A DNA stretch of 64,000 nucleotides, from the NCBI RefSeq assembly GCF_963676685.1, contig NC_092348.1, positions 71,052,001-71,116,000 of the forward strand, read 5' to 3'. Position 1 is the stretch's first letter; each line of letters starts with the position of its first letter. The translations under genes and the position numbers were made by a program. Under the pieces are notes generated by a model that saw only the letters and a program-made list of their open reading frames with translations, did not search any database and was not told the origin of the DNA. This document shows, piece by piece, positions 27,151-39,200 of this stretch. The DNA is from Mytilus edulis (Eukaryota).

Positions 27151-27206
27151 TCAGTTTCCCTGTGTCCATTGTTTTGAGTCGTTTTCATACACTTTATTTT
27201 CAGCGT
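27151..27206 (-). CDS. Gene B probable terminal exon (DAENKVYENDSKQWTQGN*)
   Basis: tatttcag acceptor, phase 1, YEN motif, TGA at 27151-27153, AATAAA at 27119-27124. Confidence 0.7.
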
Positions 27207-30200
27207 CTGAAATATATATAACATGTCATATAACAATCTTAAACTGTCTTTGCCAAATTTTGAGTCAATTTGAAAAGAAAGATAAATTCGCCGTCAACAT
27301 GAAACATAGTTCTTTTGACCTTATTTTCTGTAAATTAACCTGCCTATCATGAGAACAACTTTGTCTGAGGTGTAGCTGCATCTGTAGTTTCCATATGATT
27401 AAAAATTTATTAACGGAAAATTCATGAAAGTTATGTTATCAATCATTTTAGAAACTTCGTACTGAGTTGATTATACCCTCTTGGAAAAACAACTAATCAG
27501 CAGCGGAATTGAAACGGTTTGAAATAATAAACAAAATAATAATAAAAAAAAGTAAATGATTTGCAAATCATGATTTATTTCTAGTGGTTAACATTAATAA
27601 TATTACAATAATTGTAATCAGAATAGATAATTGATAGGAATTCTTGCAATTCCTAAAGTTTTTTTTTATTAAACTGCAGACTTACTTCAATGCCATTACT
27701 ATTGTCAAATATAAACGTCTTTCCTAATTCTTTACACAATACGTTCTAATAATTACATGATGTGCTTTAATTTTTTGCATATATGTGTTCTTTTAGCAAC
27801 CATAGAATACAATAGCTTTAGAAATACATTTTTTTTTTATCATAGATGACTCACCCTCATTTATTAAATCATCGTAAACAGTGGGGTTGTTTTTCAAACC
27901 AAGATCCTCATAATGTTGTGTCGGGCTAAAATGAAATATTAAGATGTATTCACTTAGATATTAGATATATTTATGTAATCACAATGTACTAGTTTGGTCA
28001 ATTGAATTGAAACTTTGCTTTGACAAAGATTTTATTAATTACATATAATCGAGTAACTGATTTTTTTTTATTGAAATGTTAACCATTGATAGGATTATTT
28101 TTTGTGGTTTATACTGAATGTTTTTTTGCAAAACCAATCCATTAAATCTTCTTTCTCAGAAATGAATTACAAATATTACCTATTAACTGTGGTTTCTCCG
28201 CAATCTGTAATGAATAATAATAAGAATGAAGCAAACAACATTTATTGTTGGCTTTAGATGAATTTGGCTTTTTATTTTAGGCATTTTTGACATATAGCTC
28301 TTCAACGGTTTCGGTACTTATACATCTTCGGATTTCTTATGTTTGGCTTTGAGCGTTCCTGATGAAGGTAAAATCCAGAAAAGCGCTTCGGACGTAAGAA
28401 ATTATTAAACGTGCTGTTTTTAATTTGTTATTGGAGAAAACAATTTAAACTTGATAAGAATTCGCCTGTTTAAAGTGCTTTCTAAAACTCACTTCAAAAA
28501 CATAGCATTCAAAAACAATGAAGAATTACATTCACAATACCAAGACAAGACCAATTCACTATTTGTTATCCTTTTTTGTACCATTTTTCAATTGCCAAAT
28601 TATAACTTCAAAATATGCATCAACAGTTTCAATTTATGTCTGTCATGACTATATAATTTAAATATACCCCAAAATCGTCCTACCTTCACCTTTCAAATCA
28701 TCATAAACATATGCTGCGTTCTTTCGACCAAGATCTTCATAATGTGCTCCAGAGCTGTTAATTAATGCAAAAATCTCATAGATTGAGAAGAAAATCAGTG
28801 AAACAAATAAAATTAGAGTATCGCATGAAATATAAAAGGACCGAGAGTTCGTCGACAGAATAAATTTCTGCGTATGCATAAGTCCTTTCTTAGTCATAAT
28901 CACATTCGGGAATATGACACACTAGCTATAGGTAAAATTGCGTACCATACGACTATTCTACTGTATTATGTTATATGACTGCAAAATATGTCGATAATAA
29001 GGTGAGATACAGACGTTATGGAATCGTTGATTGTTATGGAATAACCGTTTCACAAATGATATCGGATATGTTCCTTACGTCGTAACTACAATCCCCTTCC
29101 CTTTCATATATGTGACTTACCGAATTAGACTATTTACCGGATTGATTATAACATAAGCAACACGACGGATGCCACATGTGGAGCAAGATCTGCTTACCCT
29201 TCCGGAGCACCTGAATTCACCCCTAGTTTTTGGTGGGGTTCGTGTTGTTTATTCTTTAGTTTTCTATATTGTGTCATGTGTACTACTGTTTGTCTGTTTT
29301 TCCTTTTCTTTTTTGGCATGGCGTTGTCAGTTTATTTCGATTTATGAGTTTGACTGTCTATCTGGTATCTTTCGTCCCTCTTTTAGAATCATTTGGAACA
29401 TGTGAAGGTCGTACAACTGTTGGTTACTGCAATCATCAAGTTTGCATATATTTTAGTTTGAAGTCTTTCATATGTGTCATCATCGCGGAAAAGTCAAGAT
29501 AAGAAGCAGACCTCCTAGTTTTGGTAGAATTCTCAATTTTAAGTAAAAGTTCTTACGATGTTTGAGAATGTCTTGTTTCCATTATGCATAATAGTTGTAC
29601 AAAAATTATTCGGCAACTAAGGGTACACAATAATTGTCGGTGTGTTTGATTTTTGGCCTCAGTACGGCTATTAAAAGTAATATTTGACCTAAAATGAAAT
29701 TTACAGCTACAATTTTAATTTGTTAAAGAGCTGTTCAAAGTTACGATGTTTTCGATCTGTCCAAGTGCATCATAATGTTTTGATGCGCTGTTACATTTAT
29801 CAAAAGACTATAGAATAGATAATTTTGAATAAATGGTATACCTACTTTTTGGAATTTTGGATCCTCAATGCTCTTCAACTTTGTACTTGTTTGGTTTTAT
29901 TAATATTTTGATATAAGCGTCACTGATGAGTCTTATGTAGAAGAAACGAGCGTCTGGCGTACTTAATTATAATCCTGGTACCTTTGATAACTAGTACTAG
30001 TTTATTGCAAATACTGATAATATCTTTCTGTTATTATTGTATAGTCTTACTCCTAACTTAATATATTTGTCGGATTTTGATTGGCTAACACACGTTGTTA
30101 TTATACCCATAGCCTCAGATGTTGTTAACCCATATACTCGAACGTTGATTCCATGTACCCTGGGAAATGTCATGCGCATTTTCGATGGTTTTCCATGTAT

Positions 30201-33200
30201 TGAGTTCTGTAGATTATCCAGGATATCAGTTAGTAGATAAATCCACTTACGAATTTATCTTAATTAGTCAATCATTTGCAGTAAATTTAGGAAATGCATC
30301 ACTTGAATACCACATCGTTGTCAGTTTCACGGTCTCTGGATTTAAAACGTCTTATATTTGACTACCTGTAGTTATCTAACATATCTAGCTTCTTACATAT
30401 CTTTAAAAATGTGTCAAATTTTAAAAAAAAAAGCGTTTTAAAATGATAAAAAAGCTTTTACGTTAAAGTGTGTGCTCAAATTTATCAAATTTGGACTTAG
30501 ATCGGGGATAGGTTCGTTATCTACGTTCATATCCGTAGATATGGTACGATTATCGAATTGATATTTAAAAACAAAAGAAATTCAGTTTACTGAAAGAGAA
30601 AGTGGGAATAGTGTATGAATGTAAAGAAGTAGCAAATAATAAAACATCTTTATCTTTGTTCACTCAAATGTTAAAGTGGTCTAAAGCAGGCCTTTTAATT
30701 ATTCTTTTATTAATGGTTCAAAGAAATTAGAAATTACCTTGAATCTTCGTTTTCCTGTGACGCTGTAAAGTAAAATAAATAACGTATTGTATCAAATTCA
30801 GGTGTTACTTAAACTGAATATGCCCATATTTACATACGTCGTGTTCCTTAATATCTATTAAATCACAGAAATAAGGCAATTCAATTGCCGGCGCGCAGGA
30901 TAATCATACGAAAAGTGATAGATCACATAAGAAATTCAAAGGAACTTAGCCTGTTATAAAATTTAGATGATTTTCGTCTCTAATTCACCTCATTTCCTTG
31001 TTGGTCTCGTGGTAGCGTGCTCGCTTCGGTTAGAGTGACATTTAAGTTAAAACTGTGGCTCAGTGTTTCAGTTTAGTACAAATAGATATAAGAATATGTG
31101 GTATTAGTGCCAATGAGACAACTCTCCAAACAAGTCAGAATTAAACAAGTGAACCATCATAGGTAAAAGTACCGTCTTCAACACGGAGCCTGGTTAATCT
31201 AAATTAAAATATTTAACGTCAAACTGACAGATTTTTATTGAATAATACAAGGGATATAATTTCCTCTGTTCCATTGCTCAGTGGGAAACAATTTTCTAAA
31301 TAGTACCCTGTAATGCAGACCAATCAAAAATCGATAATTCAAAGGACAATGAAGTTAATCTACATCAATAAATCAAAGACAATCATCATGGCCTTTATTT
31401 TGGCCTCAAAACAACGTTAAGTACGTAGACTGTCAATAAAAAAGAAAATGTCTTGCTTCCAATTTGGTTTTTTTTGTAATAGCTGTTCCGTTGGTAAGTG
31501 AGTGACGTAATCGTTAAGTAGTTTCAAAATAAAATTTTACAGTAAAAGACAATGATGATAGAACATTCAGTGTGATAAATTTAATTACACATAGTTGAGA
31601 GAGTGATAGAGCAGATTGCATGGTATCCCTCGGAAAAGCATTTACAACCTCGCCTTCTCCTCAGTTGACAATGTATCATCGCTATAACAATCTGCTCTAT
31701 CACCCTCTCAGCTTTGGTTATTTATATAATATCACATAATCATACTCTTGTCCCTAATACGCGTTATATTTGCCACCAGACGTTAAAGATTCATCTATCC
31801 TCCCATCAATCCAGCTTACCTCATTAATTGTTTTTTTTTCAACAATAAACGAAATATATATATATTTTTCTTTTTTGTAAATAATATCTTTTGTATTGAA
31901 ACATTTTATAAAGATAAATGTGACATCACCTTTATCAGTTAAATCTTCATAAACATTAGGGGCATCTTTCAAACCCAGTTTTTCATAATTTCTTGAAGAG
32001 CTGTAAAAATAAATAAACAAACATGTTTGCCATTATGTAGTACAATATATGCTTCTATGTTTACCGAATATCGTAACTATCAGAAAACTGAATACAAATT
32101 CAATTAATTTATTTACATTTTTCAAGTATAATTCTGGAATTCAGAAACTCTATTCACATATATTTTTCTTAATGCTTTGCGTTTATCTGTTGACTTTGGT
32201 TCGTTTTTTGTTTATTTAGCCTCGATAAATTTCGTATATTCACACAACATTATTATATTTAACTGTTAAAATATATTTGTATCTATATGCCATATAACGA
32301 TGGAGAATGCTTAAAGGGAGAAAAAGGATAGAGACGAAAACATAAGTTCGGTCTACAGAAGTACATCCTTTTTCAAGTCTTAAAAAAAACGTACAAAAAA
32401 GAATGATATATAAAATGTTTCGATAAAATAGTACCATACCTTAGGTCTTTGTTTGCATATGGTGCTGAAAAATACAAAACAAATAAATCACTTCATTACA
32501 TGTAACATAAAACAGATATGGTTACTTTAATAAAAGAGGTCAGTGTTACGTACCTGATTAACCGTATTTTCTAGTTCTTTAGTACAGAAGCATTTGAACA
32601 ATCAAATAATATCGATCTATTATCAACAAGGAAAAACTCATCAAGGCTATGAAGTATCTTGAACTGGCAAGAAATATTTGTAAACAAGAATGTTCGGTGT
32701 TCAAAAATTCACTTTTAATCTCAGATAATAAAGTAGCAGCGGATATAGAGAAGAACGCGCAGTTCAAAATAAGTTATTTCTGTCAATTTCATATATAGAG
32801 CATTTGAATGAAATGCCTTTTTATATTGAATAAGTGAAGAATTATATACATTGATTATTGTGTGTTGACTAAAATATTTCTTTTGAATAAGCACAGCAAT
32901 TTTTTATCAATTGTTTTCAGAAAAATAGATTTAAATACCATTGATCTCACCTTCATTGCTCAAATTGTCATAAGCATTTGGGACATCTTGCAGACCAAGT
33001 GTCGCATAATGTTTCGTCGGCCTGAAACAAAAATGAATACAACATAAAATACAAAATGAAATGTAAGTCTTTGTGTTGTTTCAGATTCCTCAATTTTTGA
33101 AAAAGATAACATACAAATAAACTTAATATTATCAAATTTAAACACTACTGATAAAAGCACATTGTAAGAAATATTTGTTTGTCTTCATAGTATTCGACCA

Positions 33201-36200
33201 AAATACGTCACTACCTTAACTGCCTACAAATAGTTACTGTAGTGATCACATTTGGACCAAGTTGTCCAAATTAATAGCTTTTGTCCTTGCTCAAGGATAT
33301 GGACATACATTGTGTGCCTCGGTTGTACAGTTTGCGAATGTGTGATATACTTTTTCTACATATAGTTTTAATAGGTTCACAAAACAAAATGATTAATCCA
33401 CAGCACGTAGCTCCCCTAAACGTTATTAAGTGTTCGGACATTAAAGGAATATACTTTTCAATATCAGTGGTAATTTCTGTTATCTGCTGTAAGTACTATT
33501 TTCTTTTTAAATTGAGCAACAGGAAAACTATTCATCCGTTTTAAAAAGGGAGGATATCTAATTAAAAATGTCATACCTTTGATCTCTGTCTTTGTTTGAA
33601 GCTGTTAAAACACAAATGCAATATTTCAATGCAAAACAAAATTTAACTGACAAACAATTTACATTTAGCCTTATTGTACGTCAGGGATGTTAAGAGTTGT
33701 CACTCAAAAGGTTGATAAAGATACAGTATAGGTAAAATAAGCCACCATCATCATCTATAATAGCAACTGTCTTTGCATAGTTGATAAGTGTACCTATACT
33801 GAATACAACTTTATAGTATCTATTCCTCTTCGATTGAAACAACTACATAAAACCTTTATAAGAGTTCTAGTTCCCATACAAAATTTACTTGTCTATTGTA
33901 CACTGTTTCGTTGCATGTTGTTCGCGTATTGTCCTCTCTTTAAAGTTTTTACTATCCTTGTGACTAATTTGAGGACAAAACATGTACAGTTTAGTGTGCA
34001 CAAATAATGAGAGTGTAATCTATGACTGCGTGTGATTTAATGGTTAACTTTTTACTGATTTGCTGCGTATGCTGTTTTGAGAATTTATTGATAATTCAAT
34101 TATAAACGATTGCAAATTTATAAATATGTCATAAATTTGTTTATTTTATTCATACCATTTTGTGTACCGCTACTGTTTTGTACTTCGTCATAATTGTGTG
34201 TGTGATCATCAGAATCAGTCTTTTCAAAGGCCACTGTGCTGAAAATGTACAAACATTATTTTAATAGACTTTTGTGTTTTTTGTTTTTACCACAACTAAG
34301 TAACATGCATGATATCTAGTCTACAAAGAATAAAATAAACTAGTGGCATACAACTGATGCATTTTTTAAAAAGTGTATGTGAATTCTTTTTTCTTTTTGT
34401 TTGACGATATGAGGTTTCAAAACAAAACAAAAACAAACGTCTCTTATTTGTTCTTGGTCAATATGTATCTTAAATTATAAAATTTCTAATTAATATATGT
34501 TTTATAATACGTACTAGCTGTGACGAAATAGTTCACAAAAATGTTGAACTAAATAAGGCACAGCAATTGTTTGACAATTTCATGAATGTGGCAGTATATA
34601 TTTTACGCGGTTTGAAAATAAAACTATTAGACTTTTCTTGCCTACAGGTATTGATATTTTTCATCATCATTTGTCTGTGTTAAATTTCAAACGAACTTAC
34701 GCTTCACATCGTTGATGCCCTGAAAAATGTATAAGATGGATGTGAAATCCTTAGTAATATATTTTAATTCCTTAAGCAATCAGGACGAAACAAGTTAGCT
34801 TCTTCATTCGTGATATTTGATTCGAGCGTCACTGTTGAATTGTTTGTACAAGAAACGCGGGTCTACTATAACAAGTTTAAGTCCTCCTGATATCTTTGGT
34901 CAATGTATTTTATATGAAAATAAAACTATATAAGATAGGTGAAAGATGCCAAAAACTCATTCAAACTCATCAGTTGAAAAAAAACCTGACAATGCCATGG
35001 TAATACAAGATAAAGGTCAAAAGATAGAGATAGATGTTCTGCTACCGACGCTATTTTCGGAACCAATTAATGGGTAAATAGAAAAGCCGTATTTGGCTCA
35101 TCTGTTTTGAATTTTTGGTGGCAAAGCTATTCAACTTTATACTTCTTTGTATTTCTAACTTTTTATTATCTGAGCGTCACTGATGAGTCTGATAAAGACG
35201 AAACGCGGGTTTGGTGTATCAAATTATAAGCCGGTTACCTTTTATAACTGTATCAGCGTTACCTATTGTTTCGGTTGGGTTTTTCTTCTGGTACTTGCAT
35301 TGTTGTCACTTTGCAACGTGCCGATTTAAATTTCGTCTATGTGTAAAATTTGTTAGTATATCATTACAACCTTCGTCCCTCATTATTCTTCATGAGTCTC
35401 GATTAATTTTAGATGCTAACCATGTAGACAGAACAAAAGCTAAAATGATGATTGGCACGCTACGTAATCGTTTGATAAAAACATTTACTTTGTTTGATGT
35501 ATAAAAAGCACTATATATTAAGCATCACAAAAGCCGACTTGAACAAGTCTTACCTTTCCGTCTCTTAAAGATTATCAAGACCAAAACCACCATTAAAACA
35601 ATTATAGACACCAGACTCCCGCACACAGCACCAATAATTACACCTGATGACATTGTTTCTGGTTTTATTGTTGAAGCTTAAACAAATTGAAAAAGATATT
35701 ATCAAAGAATCACATTAATGTTCACGTTATATAGGGTACATGTATATATCCTATGACTTTATCTAAACTAACAGTTTGCAAATAATGTACAGGTTACAAT
35801 GTATATGACAAGGTGTTACTTTGATGAAATTTCGGAACACGATGTAATCTTAAATTCTTCAAGATATTTTGTTCAATGAATTTCCACAATTTTCAATTGC
35901 CAACAGGTCTTCAATGCAACGAGAAATTCCCGCACCCGGAGGCATCCTTCAGCTGGCCCCTAAACAAGTATTTACTTTGACCCTTTGACAAAAAATTTCA
36001 AAAAATTAGAACCAATCAATTTATCAGAAAAATTACACTGGTTTTATAGCAGTTTGAGACAAACACTAATTTTGATCATTGAGAAGCTTCATATTCCCTT
36101 AACAAACAACATATTTAAAACTTTTAGCTGATTTTACAGAGTTATCTCCCTGTAGTGTTCGGTTCCAACTTAAACGGGTTTTGATAAATGACCTGTTTTA

Positions 36201-39200
36201 GGCGATTTTGGCTGTTTTCATAATAGTACAGAACTCAAGGAATTAAAATCATTATCGTATTAATCAATATAATCAATAAGTTAATAAAGTCAACTGAATA
36301 TTTGTTTAGGAATAAACTCTGCAGCTTTATTAATACAAGTAATTTATTTTCAAAAATGGTGCGAAATAGCACTTTAATTTGATCTTTGCAGGTGAAATGA
36401 TAATCGAGCGATGCATTTCAACATTATGTGTTAAAAAAAAGTCGACCAATTTTGATTTCTATATTCCTGCATTAAAAATACTAAATTCAATGCTAATAAT
36501 TATCGAAAGCCAAAACTTCACTATATACATGACCATATCGATTCAACTGAAACGAAAGTACATTCCACTTCAATTAGCCAAATACGCATTATCAAATTCG
36601 TTCAATTTGTAACTACGAAAAATTCGTACATCAAAAAAAAAGTTTTTCTTTTACTAAATGCATATGCTCTCTAGGTTATAGTGATATTGGTTGAATAAAA
36701 TGTACTTTTTGTTGATGAATGTGTTACATTCCGGTATGAACAAACTACCTAAAAATAATAAGAAGAAACTAGTTGATTTCGTTAATTTTGATTATTTCTT
36801 TTAAAGATATAGTATGAACTTTATTAATCTATATCCATAGAATAAGTTAATTATGTCTTACTTGATAGTCCCAACACTACAGTGTGTTCTACAGATTGCC
36901 CAAAACCATTTTCCAATATTAACGTATAGTTAGTGAAGTCCTCCTTTGTTAAATCATTCACTGTTAAAATTGATTTATAGCCATTAACTGTTACAGTCTT
37001 TCCATGAAAAACATCTTCAACCTCGGCCGAGGATTCCGAAACAAAAAATTTAGTTGATGTTTGAATCTGTTTTCCTTTATTGAACCAAGCATTGTAGATG
37101 AACTTAGGAACACTAAACACGTGAGCAACTATGTCAACATGTTTCCCAATCTCTCCATACTGTATATTTCTTTCATCATTGTCTGCAGTAAATACTGGTT
37201 GTGCTGTATAAAGAAAATAGGTATCAAAGACTCATTAGTGACGACAACATAAAAAAAATGATGGAGCCTCTGAATGTATGATAATCCTGTAATTGTGTTT
37301 ACCCAGCATAAGAACAATCACTAACCTTTCTTGTTGTCTTAGAACGTGAACGATAGTGGACCTATATATGCAAAATGATATGCTAGTTTTGTATATTGTG
37401 TTTTGTAGTCTGTAACGATTTTTTTTTTTGTCTTTTAACTATAAACATTGATTGCAATTAGCAAATCCTTGCATAGCCGTTTTAAAAGATGAGTATCAAT
37501 TTCAAGATAATGAAATAAATTGTTGTTCTTCAGTTGAGTATAATATTTAAAAAACAATTATACGCGAGCAGTTAGAAGCATTTGCAATACCAACTTTTTT
37601 CATGAAATATCAACTATACATACCATAAACAGTAATTTTAGCCGCTCCTTGGCGCTTCTCCACACCATCCGTTCCTTGAATATCATTACTAACTGTACAC
37701 ACATATTCACCGTTGTCTTGATATCTCAATGATATTGGAACTACAGGCAGTGTCAAGATAGTGTCCCCGTCCAGTTCCCGAATAATTCGTCCATGCAAAG
37801 ACCTATGCTGCCACTTATAAAATGTGTATGTATCGGGATAACCATCAGCTGTACAATTTATTGTTCGTGTTAGATCTGTCATTTCATAGGTGACATTAGA
37901 AACTGAAACATCTGGAGGAACTGTAAGACATTAAATTGAAATTCGAAGAACCTATTACACCACTTTCAAATGTTGTTCGTATGAATCTAACACACAGTTT
38001 TAATATACCTTCGAATACCATTCTTTATCAAATAGTTTGTTCCTATATTCTATTACATCCTCTATGACGCAAAATTTAGTGATTGATGTTTCGAATAAAC
38101 TAGTTAAAAATTCGAATGAATTCCTTTAACCTATTTATTCTTGTAACGATTTGTAATACACTTGTTTTATAAAATTGTTCGAAACATGTTTACTATCACT
38201 GCCTGTATTTTTAAATTCAACACACAAACTCATAAAACATACAAATGTTATTTTGTTTCTGTTTAACAATCTTCCTTTTCTAATCACGCGTACATAGGCT
38301 GCCACAAAAGTATCATGCTACCATAAATACAGTGACTGATAACACATTCATAACTACTAAAAGAAAACAGAATGAGACAACTCTTCACAAGAGACCAAAT
38401 GACACAAAAAGTGTCAACTTTAGGTCACCGTTTACTAGGTTTAATGGCTGTTTATGTTAGCAAGAACGTTCCATTCGTGATTTTTCTTTTAACAAATATT
38501 ACAATAACTCGTCATTATGGATTAAATTTGAATGATCTGTAAAGTTTTTACAAATTAAAAAATATCGAACATATCAAATTAAAGAACTGTATTGTTAAAT
38601 AACTTACATCGTACAAATAAATTTATCTGGTTTGAAAATCCTCCTATTGTGTTGTTCGCTGTACATATTATCGGTTGTAAGTTGAATTTCCTGTCCACCG
38701 TATATGTTAACGTGGAGGTCACCGTGAAAGTTTCATCAACACCTTGAGTTTCATGTGATGATGCTGTACTTGTTACATCAGTTTGGCCTATCGTCCACCA
38801 AATGGTGGCAGCAGGACGGCTTCCATTTGATGTACAAGAAATAGAAAATGGTACCATTTCTAATGTATTTACAAGTGATGCACTGAACACTGGCATTAAA
38901 GGCATTACTGAAATTGATAAAGTGTAAGATTCATCATTGACTTTTAACAAAAATCGATACTCATATCTGCCTGTACAAGCATCTGCTTATGACCAGGTGT
39001 TCTGCATATCAGTTATGTTTAATACGGACTACAAGTCACAATTTGACGCTTTTTGATGTGTGGACGAAGGTAACGAGTCAACAGAAAAGTGTCATAGTGT
39101 GTAATCAAACAACTGATATATCAGGGTTTCAGTATGATATGTGTCTGATAACTTATTTAAAGTATTGTATATGTTATTATGTGTATCTGGAGATAAAACA

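Noticed and set aside
27340-27364. Extra 25-nt candidate exon (DKVVLMIG), and a 38-nt candidate at 27686-27723
   Set aside because: Weak splice context, no following 71-nt partner, and both break phase with the YEN terminal exon; needs RNA data.
27855-34238. ITIM (inhibitory) reading of the tail
   Set aside because: No tyrosine has I/V/L/S at -2; TVYDDL is only loosely ITSM-like; paired 8-residue spacing fits ITAM.
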